Positions 12,273-27,549 of a DNA stretch of 64,000 nt are shown here, piece by piece. Under the pieces are notes generated by a model. That model saw only the letters and a list, made by a program, of their open reading frames with translations. It did not search any database and was not told where the DNA came from. The stretch is from Sphagnum compactum (Eukaryota), in the NCBI GenBank assembly GCA_965153455.1, contig OZ234494.1, positions 6,138,001 to 6,202,000 on the forward strand. The letters are read 5' to 3'. The translations under genes were made by a program, and so were the position numbers. Each line of letters starts with the position of its first letter. Positions within the stretch are counted from its first letter, which is position 1.

Positions 12273-13450
12273 TCTAGGTATGTTCAAAAGTGGGTCACCA
12301 GACCAACACTTGGGTATGAACCCCCCCCCTCTCTTTCTTTTGGCTCAATTGCTTTGGAAGCTTAGCAAAGTTGAGAGGCAAAAGATATAGCCAAACCTAA
12401 CCTAACCTAACCTTAACCTGCCCATCTTCTAAGGCAACATGATGAAGTTAGAAGAGACATGAAGAATAACAAAACCCTAATCATCAAGTTCCAAGAGGTT
12501 ATTTGGTTTCCTTCATTAGGTATTATTATTACCAAGAGACACAAAGGACAGGATTGAGGCAGTCACAATGCCTTCATATCCTTGCCTTCATATCTTGGAT
12601 TCTCAAGGTCTTGATATCAAAAGTGAAAAGCTCACACCCTCCTCCACACATCATCAAACACCCCTCCCCCCTTCCCTTTACTCAAAAAGCTCCTACATAC
12701 TGACCTAACCCCCCCTCCCCTCCCCTCCCCTCCCCTCCCTCTGCACATTCACAAAACAATTTTGACTCTTGGAACATAATCCCAAAACCCTTCATGCTGT
12801 GTACAACAACACCCAAGAGCTTAAATAGACTTGAGCTCCTCGAAGCAAAAAGTTTTTCCAGCACTAATTCACAGGGGTTTTCTTCCAGTTTTCAGGTTAC
12901 ATTAAAACTCTTCCAACCCACTTCAACAAACCTATGGTACTCAAACTTATGCTTGCTTTGTTGTGAAAACATATAAATTAAGTTTTGGTTTTGTTTGCTC
13001 CGAAATGAATTGGGTTATTGCTTCCAGCTGACAAATCACTTTGAGGAGGGAAAAAAGTTTTCCAACTTATGAACTTGGCTTTCCAGGAGCTGCAAGTGCA
13101 AAGAGCAAAATGGTCCAGTGATCAATCAATCAATCAATCAATCAATTGAACTCTTGCTTGTTGTTAGCTACATGTATCTGATCGATTCTCCAAACAATTG
13201 AATAGGTAGGAGGTGTTGATCTTGCCACCTTATAAATTATATTTATATTTATGGCTTTGCCAAGATTGTGATAAGAGAGATTGGTGTTTTGTTTTTTCCA
13301 GTTAGTGTGATGTAAAAACAGAATGACACCCAAAAAAACAAACTATTTTTTGTTTGTGATGGATGATCATAATACGTGCAGAGCTGATCTTTTGAGATCA
13401 GTAGTAATTCGCGAGTGTAATACTTTCAAAGGAGAGAGACCCAGGCCAGG

Positions 13451-16282
<2,832 letters not shown>

Positions 16283-18122
16283 TTAATTGTAGTTTTAAAA
16301 TTTTAAATTTTTTTTTTTAGTGAATTGCATTACAAAAACACTGAATTTGGAATTGCACTTAATGCTCATTGGAGTTAAAAAATTGGATTTAAGAAATTGG
16401 CACTTGAATAGATATTCAACATGTATGTATTGTGTTGATGTAAGTAGGGAGAAAAAGTTATGTCTTGACATTGTTTGTAAACTTGTCAAGAACACATACA
16501 TGCACCCAATTTCAAATAGGAAGCCAAACAAAAAAAGTAAAAGCAAGATTTGGGGGTCAAATTGTTGATGTAGGCTTCAAATACTCTAACATCACTCCAT
16601 CCCACAAATTCTACGCATTGTGGTGTGGTGACTTTTGTCATCAAAATCGGCAAAAATTGTACCTCGATAAAAATTTGTTGATATTATATTGACCATGCAA
16701 GGACCAAGTAACAATATGAGATAGTACCAAAATTTTGATGAGTTGCAAAAGTCCAATCAATTTGATCACAACACAACACATCTTAAGGGACATCCTTCTT
16801 ACCAACTATTCAATTCATGTTTGGTCATAAAAGCAATAAGATATATGCCAAGGATATTCTTGAACCCATTAAAAATCTTGGGTTGCTTGTAAGGCTCCTT
16901 TTGGGTCGGTCCCTCATGACAAACCATGATGGTCTTCTACTCCAACAATGATTTCCTTGAACTTTGTGGTGCATAGATATTACTAAAAACCATTCCTTGA
17001 ATCCTTTTTCCAGTCATCAGATTTGTTCAAGTATACATTGAAATGGTTTAGTTGCTTTATTTGTAGATGAAGAATGCATTTTGGCTCAGTACACATAATA
17101 TATTAATCTAGCACATCCTCAGTGAAGTCCCAACTTCCATTTTCTTGGTGTTTTTTACATGCAATTATGGTGCATGTAAATAGTCTTCTACTGACTCTAT
17201 ACTCTCAGCTACTGAACTAAGTTCTGATGGGTTCCTTCCTTAAAACATGAGTTGGTTTGATCACCTAAAATTTGAGTCTTCTTCATCATGTAAGGTGGAG
17301 TGTGGGTCTGGTATATGGACTTTTAACCATACCTGTCTGGGTGTATATTAGTATTGGGTACTTCTCAAATTTTCATACCAACTTGGATGTTGAGGAGTCT
17401 GTTAAATCTTTTGGTATATTATATTCAATATGTATGTATTAATGAAATTCAAATAAATTGATCGAAACGTTAAGCCTATAAATATTTTCATCTTGCTATG
17501 GTTTATCAAAGAGAGTGTTGGTTAAATAGGTTTGCACAAAAAATTATAGTGAATCGTGTTTGAAAGTATGCAGTGAAATCGAATGTTAATGACAATCTTA
17601 AAAAGAACATGGAAATGTAGATTTTTAAAAAAAATAAAAAGACTTAATAATTTGCTAACAATTAGTTTCTTTAAGAACCCATTCCATCCATTATCAATTA
17701 TTTATAAACCCACAACATGATGAGAAGTGGCATACAAACTTGATATCCCACTCCATTACTTATGTTATTCTTGAGCTTCAAAGTTGTAAAGGTGCAATAA
17801 TATGTTGTATAATTTGAATTTGGATTTTATGGACCTTGTATGTTGCATGCACAATCTTTATATAAAACTTGTGTGGGCACAAAACATAAACATTGGGTTG
17901 TTGTAATTCACACATGTTTGTGAGAAGGTGACCTTCTTCGATTATAACATTGTTCAAAGTGTGCAAAAAAAATGCCCTCTTAATTTGGTTTTAGTTTGCT
18001 CCATCAAAGCAATAACTTGTAAATGACACGTTAAAAACCAAAGCCCAAACCTTTATACCTAGTACTTAAATGGGGGTTTAAATCTAGAGCACCAAAGTGT
18101 TTTGGCTCATAACTTTATACTT

Positions 18123-19049
18123 TTAGTCTATGTGAACATCCCTGAGCTTTTTGAGCCTTTTTACAACACTATTACAAAGTGTAGCAACAAGTGCGGGATC
18201 ATCTTTCAAGAACTCCTCATACCCATCAATTTCAGAAACATCACCAAAAGAAATGGCAGCATAGTTGATTACTGCTTGCACCAACTCATGTGCATCACAC
18301 TTGATTCCAAGAACATAGAGTTGCAAAATCTTCTCAGGATGAATGCTGTTGACTAACTTCTCTTGACAACATTGATGTAGCAATGGAATCTTGTATTTTT
18401 CAGCTGCGCATAACAATTCATCAGCAAGGGAGTCCATTGCTTCATCATTCACCGAACCGGTGTAAAAGAAATGCACAAACGATTGCAAAGCTTCGTGGTC
18501 CATGTCCATTTTTAACTCAATTGGACCATCATTTGTTCCTTTCATCCTTAAAAACATTTCTTTGAAAACTTCAGATTTGCCCGTCTACAACCCAAATCCA
18601 TAGTGCCAATTAGTGCATGATGAAGTTCTTGAACCTAATTGCTACAAATAACTTATAATCAATCATCTTACCCATAGTACTATTCTATCAACCATTCTAT
18701 ACCAAGCTTAAAGCTAAACTAAGTGTTGCACTAAGTTATAGAAACTCACAAACACCTTACAATTTGGAGATTCCCACATTAATTATATGTGGTGCATGGC
18801 AAGGTGCAGGTTAGCCTAGCTACCAACCAATGTGGATGCATGGGAATGCACCAAACGACCATCTGTGGCTTGCATGATGACATCGGTAAATGGAGGTAGC
18901 ATAGTTTGTGGATCCCATGAAGAAACAAATGTTTGCTTATCCTTTAACTTTTGCATCTCATCTTTGAGCATTTCAACCTCCACGTTGGAACACATTAACG
19001 GCATTCCTTTCATCTTCAAAACTTCACTCAATTTTGATGTCTCTTTCAT
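18123..19049 (-). CDS. BTB/POZ domain protein (CUL3 adaptor-like), at least 2 exons
   Basis: Exons 19049-18828 and 18584-18123 join as ...PPFTDVIMQATDGRLVHSHASTL|TGKSEVFKEMF...MDHEALQSFVHFFYTGSV...DELLCAAEKYKIPLLHQCCQEKL, a typical BTB signature preceded by a short coiled-coil-like segment. The start codon is uncertain. Confidence 0.85.
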
Positions 19050-20609
19050 GTGTGAAAGGAAATTGCAAATTCATGCATCTAGCCAACCAAGGAGGATTAT
19101 AGAGTGCACCTTGCAAAACATATAAGGAGAAGGTTTTGAGTTTATGTTAATCCATTCAAGTGGGAAAACATCCCATCAAATATGAACTCCCTCGGTATTA
19201 TTATTGTTATTATTATTATTTCACTACATGATTTATGGGGCACTTATGTATTGATTAAGCAATATTGAGCTCTAAATTGAGTCAAAAAACTTAATATAAG
19301 CATTTCAAATTTCATTTCTTGCCATGGGTCCGAGTTTACAATAGTTGCGAAAAAACATATCATTGGTTGTTGTCATACACAATTTGATAATTGTGTAAGG
19401 GGTTTCGTGTTTTCTTTACCATTCATTCATTCATTCTTGTGACTAGCAACAAATTTTTCAAGCAAAATGCACCCAAAAACTCAAAATGAACAATTCTTTT
19501 TTAATGCCCATTTGCTTTGACTACATCATATATAGATAGATAGACAGATAGATAGATCATAATATTTGTAAAATATGGAAATGTTCTCAATATGCACACA
19601 AAACAATTGGGGTGCTTTGTTGAGAAGCTTAGCCAAACCAAAGTCCTTTTGGGTAGATGGAGCTTTTGTGTTTTGCCAAGAAGAGAGAATCTAATCTCCT
19701 CACATTCTCCAAACAAAAAAAGCCAAAATAATTCCCCAAAGTCATAAAATTTAGATGAAAAAGGGAGGCAACAGGTGTTGTTGTATCTCCAAAGGGTGTG
19801 TTTCTCTTCATGTTTTTTTTCTCTTTCATGCCCCCTTAGAGTGTGTGGTGGCTCTTTGCTTCTGAAGGGTTTAGCCATTAAGTTTAGCCATCCCTCAACC
19901 AACTAACAACAACAAGAATTAGGAAATTAGGAAATGCCAACAAGACTAATCAGATTTTACATCCATCTCTTGAGTCATGATTCCATTCATTCATTCATTG
20001 TAAAATATCTGTATGTCTGTTTGCATCTTTCTCTCTCTCTGGTTTTTTTCTTTTCTTTTTCTTTTTTTTTTCTGTTTTTTTTTCTTTTTTTGGGTGTGAT
20101 GTTGGTGGTGAAGTGGCCAATTATCTGTAAGAAAGTTTAGCCAAATTTGGCTATAGACAGGATATGAAAGCGAAAAGTGTTAATTAAAACTTCGTTCACA
20201 TTTTTGGCTAGGTGCTAGACAACCAACCCAATAGAAGAAATATGGTGAGTAGGGTACTCCAAAACAACAATTGTCCAAATTTTTTTCGCAAGTGGAAAAA
20301 CCCAAAAAAAAAACACATACTTTTAGCCATTTTGAAGAAGAAGGAAAAAAAAAAAACCCGCCAATGGACTTAAAGTTAGCCAGAAACAAATAAAATCCTG
20401 GTCTTTATTAAAGAGACAAATGTAATTATTTACAAACTGCGAATCTGAACTAGCCATTTTGAAAAAAAAAATGGAAACAGATATAGTTTTCGCCATTTTG
20501 ATGGAAACAAAAAGCGAACGAGCAAAATTTAGCCAGAAAAACAAACACAAAAGAGAATAATGAAAAAAAAAAAGGCCATCTCTTGATGGCACGCATACCA
20601 AGACGGGCA

Positions 20610-20682
20610 CGATCACGGTGGGACTCGAACCCACAATCTCCCGCTCCGGAGGCGAGCGCCTTATCCATTAGGCCACGCGACC
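20610..20682 (-). tRNA. trnR-CCG: tRNA-Arg (anticodon CCG)
   Basis: The reverse complement GGTCGCGTGGCCTAATGGATAAGGCGCTCGCCTCCGGAGCGGGAGATTGTGGGTTCGAGTCCCACCGTGATCG folds as a cloverleaf with anticodon loop CT-CCG-GA and intact A and B boxes. A poly-T Pol III terminator lies about 35 bp downstream (about 20563-20573). Confidence 0.96.
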
Positions 20683-20806
20683 ACAGTTCAACAGTATTGA
20701 AAATTAAACTAATTAACATATGTTTTGACTAGGTCAAGTATACTACTCTATCAAAATGGTGAATTGAACAAATAAATTCCATATTTTCCCATTACTTATT
20801 TTAACA

Positions 20807-21072
20807 TCTATCTATGAAGGAAGGTAATTTTGTCTTGATTTGTTTTTGTTTTGTAGTTATGAGATCTACCGAACCACCGGGATGCTTCAGATTGGGTTCT
20901 TGGTGTCGTTGGAAAGCTCTCGACAAGGAGGGTTACATGGGCTTGGTTCCATGATGTTTGGACTTGCGGTGGCGCAAAAGTTCTTGAATAGTGAAATGGA
21001 TTTCTTCACTTAAAATTGAATTAAATTAAATTGCACCTGAAAATTTCAGAGGAATTGGAATGTGCCTTTGGT
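20807..21072 (+). mobile_element. Probable truncated non-autonomous Helitron-like repeat (5' fragment)
   Basis: Begins a|TCTATCTATGAAGGAAGG (TC start after A) and resembles a moss dispersed repeat I recall but cannot verify. No 3' hairpin-CTRR end is seen. Confidence 0.3.
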
Positions 21073-21404
21073 GACATTCCTAGCTTGGAAAAACCTCATG
21101 GAAAATCTCCCTAACACATTGACCTACAAAAGAACAACAATAGGCATATGATATTATGACAAATGCCTAGAACACCGAAAATGCTCTCAAATGCCAACTT
21201 AACTATGCTCTATCCCAATGTCAATAGGAGCTCAAAGACCACTTGGTAGAAAGCATCATTGCACAAGAATCCAAGAGAGAGAGCAGAACATTTAGAGGAA
21301 GCAAGAATTTGATGGACCTTGATTTCCATAGTGATAGTCTCTGTTTCATCACTTTTGTTTCTAAGCAATGTAACAGAATTTGATGGCCATATGTATGTAG
21401 GTCA

Positions 21405-24070
21405 TTAAGTCTTATGGCTGTTCAAGGCGAAAGATGGATGGGCTACATATGCTTTCTGGCAATCAGCAAAGGGGATTGTACCTAATTCGTCTGCCAAAAG
21501 GGCACGTCTAACATCAAGTGGTGCGTGGTCAAGCCAAGCTGCTGAGTTGAGGGTCTGATATCCTAAACAATGGCTGCACCATGGTTGCCCTCCAGCCCCA
21601 ATCTCTGATTTGCAAACAAGTGTAACAAGCAAAGCATTAGACTGTCTTGAATTGTAGTGAAAAGTGAGTCCATCAAAAGCTCCATCTCATCCATCTGTTG
21701 CAATTACCTAATGGCCCACACCAAACCTTACCTACATAAAACAACATTGGCAGCAAAGAATGAAGACTGAGAAACATCATACGTTCCAAATTAATCACTC
21801 AGCACCCTTATAAATGCTCAGACATCCCCTTTCTTGGATCCTTTGTTGGACAGAAAACACACACCATGTACAAATAGAGATCTACCAGCACCATGGAGGG
21901 GCTTGCTTTGATGGAGGCCCACTGTGGAGTCTGCGAGGCTGCCATAACTTGCCACCTAGTGTCTAATCCCCTCTACGTAATAAGAATTTCAATTCTCCAT
22001 AACCTCTATAAGCTCTTTTGATCCACCAAAAGAACATGTGTAGCAACATTTGGAGCGAATTGTGCATGGGCCTTGGAACTTCCAATGTAGATTAATGTTT
22101 CCCATATTCAACTCATGGCAAAGTTATCAAGACGATGCAAATAAATTCTTCAAGCATGGGTCTTCCTGTATTCTTTGCGATGGGGAAATTATGACCACAA
22201 TTTAGGCAATGAGCTCTAGCACACAATTAGGAAATCATTTGTATGTAAACTACTAGTTGTGAGGAGCAATAGATGAACAATACACCCAATTTCACTTGAG
22301 CGGACACAAGTATAGAGACCCAAGGATTAGATCCCTGGGAATTGGGTCTTGCCACAGTTATCTGCAAGAGACGAGTACATGGTCTAACTAATAAGGTAGT
22401 TCACAAGCAGGCTTTGAGCTCACCAGAATCTGGGTGCCAGCTTGTCCATGCACTGTAGGTGAATCATCTGTTGAGTACGAAGATGCGTCTGAGAATTGGC
22501 TAGAGGTGTTGGAGTTTGGCCTTGCATGCTGCATCTTGCATCCTTTGGAGCTTCTCTTGAGGATTGCCTACTGCAAAGCTAGTTTTGCCACAAGGAGGTG
22601 ACATCCTGTATACATTCCCATAAGGGAAATTCAAGTGCACATAATATAAACTGGTGTGAGAAGCACAAAATAAAGATACTGATAGATATTAGGTTCCATC
22701 AACCTTGGAGAACCAGGATAGATTGGAGTACTTTCCTGTATGAACACTAGTGGCCATATGGCAAGCTGGTGTACTGAGAAACAAAATACTGAATGATCTC
22801 ACAGTCTGCCCACAAATCCGAAGAACAAATAGATTCACTGATGAGGTATCTGTCTGGATTCTAGAAACAAAAAGAGACTTGTGCAATTACAATTCCTAAC
22901 CTTCAAACTAGATTGTTGAAGCTGGCATGTAAGTTCCAATTCCTCCTGTGATAGCCACAGTACAGGGTGCTGCTTTGAGTCATGAGAGCATGTGCTTGCA
23001 GTCAGAGCCTCCTGTTTTTGTGGAAACAAACTCTTAGCAGGAAACTGCTCAAGAGGGAGCTGAGATGGAGGAGGGCATCCACATGGCTATGACAGTACAA
23101 TGAATTGTGTTTGCCAAATGTTGTCTGCTTTTTTATGACCATGAGGCTTCTTGAGTGGAATGTAACTTCATGAAGACTTAAGAAACATTGACTGTGATTC
23201 ATCGCCGACATTGTTTTCAACATAACATGGTCCATAACACTAATCGTGTAAATCTGTAGATAGCCCTGAGACAAGAAACAAACAATGTGTCACAAAACAT
23301 TGTACAAGTAGAATGGCAAGCTGAATTTCAATGAATTAGTTCATTGCTCAAAAAGGCATAGGCATGCTTTGGGAATTTAATCAACATAGAGAAAAACTGG
23401 GTGGGCACATTCTTTGAAGTTTACCATTCAAAGGTCTTTGAGGCTGTGGGTGGCAGATGGAAGATGGCCACTTCTTTGTTTGTAGTGAAGCTGGCTGCAC
23501 AGTTGGAGAAGGCAGATTCTCAACCGGGGCTTTGTCCTGATGGATATGACCATCAAGACCACCCACTAAACTCAGACTCTCAACGTTGTATGTGGAACAA
23601 AGCCTTTCAGTGACATCTTGCAATGATCCAATGGCAGAACAGTTTGGCAAGAGAAAAGCAATTGGGAGCTCACAGCAGGAAGAGGCATTAGGTTCATAAG
23701 CCCTATGCAATGCCACAGTCTATTGTGGTCCACAACCTAAAGGCTTTGGAGTCTCAAAGCTCTACATGTAAGAGTGGTTATGGAGATCATTTGCTGTGAG
23801 AATTGATTGGCTTGTCATCCAATTGTGCTTTAGCATCACTGAAGCTGCCGTTTTGACACACAACCCCTGAAGTCCATTGACTAACATTTTTGGTAGTCTC
23901 CACTGTACCACTGCAGCATTGAGGAGGATCCCAAGAAGAAGCTGTAAAATTTGAGTGTAAGAGTAACAATCATGGCTGGTGCATTCCTCCTTCATGGAAG
24001 TACTTGGCAAGAATATGTTATTCTTATCCTGGTCTTGTATGAAAGGGTGCAACTCACAATCTGCACATGA
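21405..24070 (-). pseudogene. Multi-exon pseudogene of unrecognised family
   Basis: GT-AG bounded segments 23265-22901, 22860-22704, 22605-22424, 22361-22320, 21955-21886 and 21604-21405 join with consistent phases into one frame. That frame has 5 internal stops (4 TAG, 1 TGA). A larger decayed upstream exon lies at about 23398-24070. Confidence 0.55.
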
Positions 24071-24345
24071 ACCTCTGCAATTTCACACCAAATTTTTAAA
24101 GGTGCCATACATTCTTATGTTTATGACCTACAACATAGAAATTGAGAGTGCTGATATTCCTGAGTTGGGACAGATGCTTCAATATAAGGACTGGCCATGG
24201 ATTAGGGTTGGCAATGAGCTAGGTTAGAAACAAGTTTCAAAATTATTTAGTAACATAGCTGCAAGTGTCAAGTTGCAGACCTTTAGCATTAAGGAAGGTC
24301 GAGAAATGGACCTACCCAGAAGTTGGTTTAGGGTTTAGGGTTTAG

Positions 24346-24614
24346 GGTCATTCTGGTGCATAATTGTCATGATCGAGGACCATGATATAATTGTCTTATG
24401 GTCATTCTGATGCATAATTGTCATGGTCAACAACCATGATATAATTGTCTTATGATCATTCTGGTGCATAATTGTCATGATCGACGACCATGATATAATT
24501 ATCTTATGGTCATTCTGGTGCATAATTGTCATGGTCGACGATCATGATATTATTGTCTTATGGTCATTCTGGTGCATAATTGTCATGGTCGATGACCATG
24601 ATATAATTGTCTTA
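24346..24614. repeat. 54-bp minisatellite, 5 copies, abutting (TTTAGGG)x3 at 24327-24347
   Basis: Unit ggtcattctggtgcataattgtcatggtcgacgaccatgatataattgtcttat, with the internal inverted repeat TCATGGTC-gac-GACCATGA. Confidence 0.95.
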
Positions 24615-25489
24615 ATTAATTAATGATGAAAAAAACTCTTGTATTTAGTATACATAAACCAATTCCGATTGCCATTGTCATTGGAATAAAATTTATAAAA
24701 GTCAAATTAATTTAATTGGGTAACGAGTTCACACTTGTGCTTGGCATTACAAGCCACATTATTTGGTTGGTTGAACATAACAAAACAAAAAAAGTTACAC
24801 AAGTCTTTCTTTGTTGTCATCCATTTGCCTAAATTCACTTTTATCTACTTAACAATTCTTTTAATTATAAACTTGCAAAGAATAATTTTGTCCTTCCCAT
24901 TAATGTCATGTTTTTGCAAAGAATAACCCACAAAAAAAATTGAAGTTTCACATTTTGCTAATAGTTATCAAATTTGAACTTAAAATCATATTGTTGAAAA
25001 ATTTATTAAATGATTTATTAACAACCTAATTCCCAACTACATTTAATCGCATAGTGTTTTAAATAATGTTTAACTAAAACTTTTGCCAACATATGTTTAA
25101 CCATGTAACAAAACCAAGCAAGCGTTGTTGTGCAAAGGTGTGACATTCATGCTTGTGAAATTTGATTGGGGTGTTCTACATCATGTCTTTTCTCATCTTA
25201 GTTGTTCATGTCACATTTTTTTAAAAGGTGAAATTTTAATTAAAAAATGTTTTCGAGTTTGATGATTACCAAAATTTTAAGAGTTTACAAGAAAAATCCC
25301 CCCAAAAATTTTATTAAATTTCTAACAAGGTAGCAAGCAATTTCGAAACATTTTTTTTAAATTGAAAATTTTGTTTGTAGCCAAACTGCCTTTAATTGCC
25401 TTATGGATAATCATCATCTCAACTAAGTTACAAAATTGAAAAAAAAAAGAAAAAAAAGAAAAGAAAAAAGCATTGACCATTCATCCTTA

Positions 25490-26243
25490 CTAGTGTGAAC
25501 CCGGTGCATAATGCACCCCGTCGATCCCCCCCACCCGGTCTTTCGTTTTTCCCACTCCGGTTCTAAACGGTGACGAACTCTTTTGGGAATAGAAATTTCA
25601 TGCAGCCAATGGAAGGCCCAAGGGTGCACTCAAGGTGCCTTGCTTTTATTCCTTTTAAATTTTGGGAGGAGGGGCCAAGGGGGGGTGGGGGTTTCTTTGG
25701 TTCCCAATGTGTTCCCCAACATAATATTACAATGTGTTCTTTCTCACTTCCACCTATTAAGACCCCTAGAACCCCACCCCCACCCCCTCCCCCCCTCCAC
25801 GAAAAAAATAAAAATCATGACCCTCCTAAACCCTTAGCCCATGCATCCTTTGGGAAAGAAAAAAACGCACCCAAATCTCCTCACCCACCCTCCAAAGCCC
25901 AAAAATACCTCCCCCAACACCCTACCATCCCCCATCCAAAAGTTGATATCTTCAACTTCTTAGACTGTCCACCTATTGAAGCCAGTCTTGGACTGTCCAC
26001 CAATTATTATTATCATCATCAGATGCTCCACAGGGAACGGGCAGTGACTGGAAGAATCTTCCAGGCACTGCTTAATTTTTGTCCACACAGACAGACACCA
26101 CGTTTGCTTTTATATATAAGATTTGCTTTTCAAAGATGTTTCCCAACTGCCCTAACTGCCGCCGGTTCCGGCGTAATGTTAAAACGCAGAACGTCTTGTG
26201 ACACACAGACGGACAGACACCATGTTAGCTTTTATATATAGGA
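25490..26243 (-). mobile_element. Non-autonomous Helitron (754 bp) with canonical termini
   Basis: On the minus strand it reads a|TCCTATATATAAAAGC... at 26243 and ...GGTGCATTATGCACC (hairpin, 25503-25517) GGGTTCACACTAG|t at 25490. This gives a 5'-TC, a subterminal hairpin, a CTAG-3' end, insertion between A and T, and no TSD. Confidence 0.85.
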
Positions 26244-27549
26244 TTTTCTCACACGAGATATGGCACCAAATCCATTCAATGATTTTTCATTTCATTATTG
26301 CCAATTGCTTTAATGATCTACTTTCCTTAAGATAATGTGATTTAACTATTAAGGTTCATTGTGGAATGGTCAAGCCCTTGCTTATTGTGTTGGTAAGGTC
26401 CAAAACAAGTTAGGTGATGCACCCACCATAATGGGCCACAGCAAGACCATTTCATAACATTAAGGTATGGGGTGATGAATTCAACAATTGGAAAAGAGAT
26501 AAATGTGTTCAATAGCCACATGTTTTGGTCATTATTATGAATATATGATCATCATTAGAAGATTATGCCCTATAACGTGGTCAAGAAAGTGACATAATTT
26601 GCCACCCTAAACCTTAATGTACATGGGAGCATACATGTTCATGCAAATTAGTGATTATAGTTCAATGGGAGGGGTTGCCAATTGGTAGTGAGCTAATGGG
26701 TTGATTTTTCAATTGATGGGGGGTTTGAGGTGCAAAGGAGGTGGTCATTGGTAAATGGTGTTTTGCGAATAATGTTAGGGCAAGGGTTGTTGTTTCCTTG
26801 GAATGATATGGGATTTATTAAAATTTTAAGTGATGGAGATGGTGCAATAAATTGGCATATGCGAGTTGAAACTTGAATTACATATTGCATGTAAGTTTTT
26901 TTTAGGATTGTGTGTAGTTTGCATTCATGGGACTTTTGTTATTATTTATCTTTCAAATTTCCATGTGTGATTGTTCTTTGCTCATTGTGCGCTTGGTGAA
27001 AATCAATTATTTGCTTAGAAACCATTTATGAAAGGTGTGTGCACTTTGGAACTAATGGTTACACCCTATTTTAACACATTTACTACAATTCAATTTTTAA
27101 TATATATTTGTACAATTAATGCTTGTTGGTTATTTCACAAAAATTCCTTACGTTTGCGTAAAATGTTGCATTCACTAATTTTAGGAGTCGGCACCAATAT
27201 AAGGGGGATATGTGACAAAGATAATATTGAATTTTAACAAATCATGTGTGCATAATGTGTGGAATCAATCTTGCAAGCATAAGGCTTTTTGTACCAATTT
27301 GGGTGGTCTATTGCTAAATCCATGTAAACTAGGTTCAATGAAAGGAAAGAAGAAAATCATTAAGGAGTCCAAGTTTTTGCCCATAGCCTAAAATGAAGTA
27401 ATCACAATTAGCAAACAATCAACAATATACATTCAAACTTATGTTGTTCAAAATGGGAGTAGAGTACCCATTTTGATTTTATTGGAACATCTATGTGAAA
27501 AAACAATGCCTAGGTAATCATGGATTAATTTAAGTTATGAATGGTATCT

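Noticed and set aside
17700..17970. Possible second GCM/MULE-like fragment (CELQQPNVYVLCPHKFYI)
   Set aside because: The similarity is too short and degenerate to support without an alignment.
24335..24532. ORF with an 18-aa repeat (MTIMHQNDHKTIISWSSI)
   Set aside because: It follows from a 54-bp unit divisible by three; there is no sign of a gene context.
25570..26241. 223-aa proline-rich ORF on the + strand
   Set aside because: It lies entirely inside the non-autonomous Helitron, is low-complexity, starts at GTG and has no recognisable domain.
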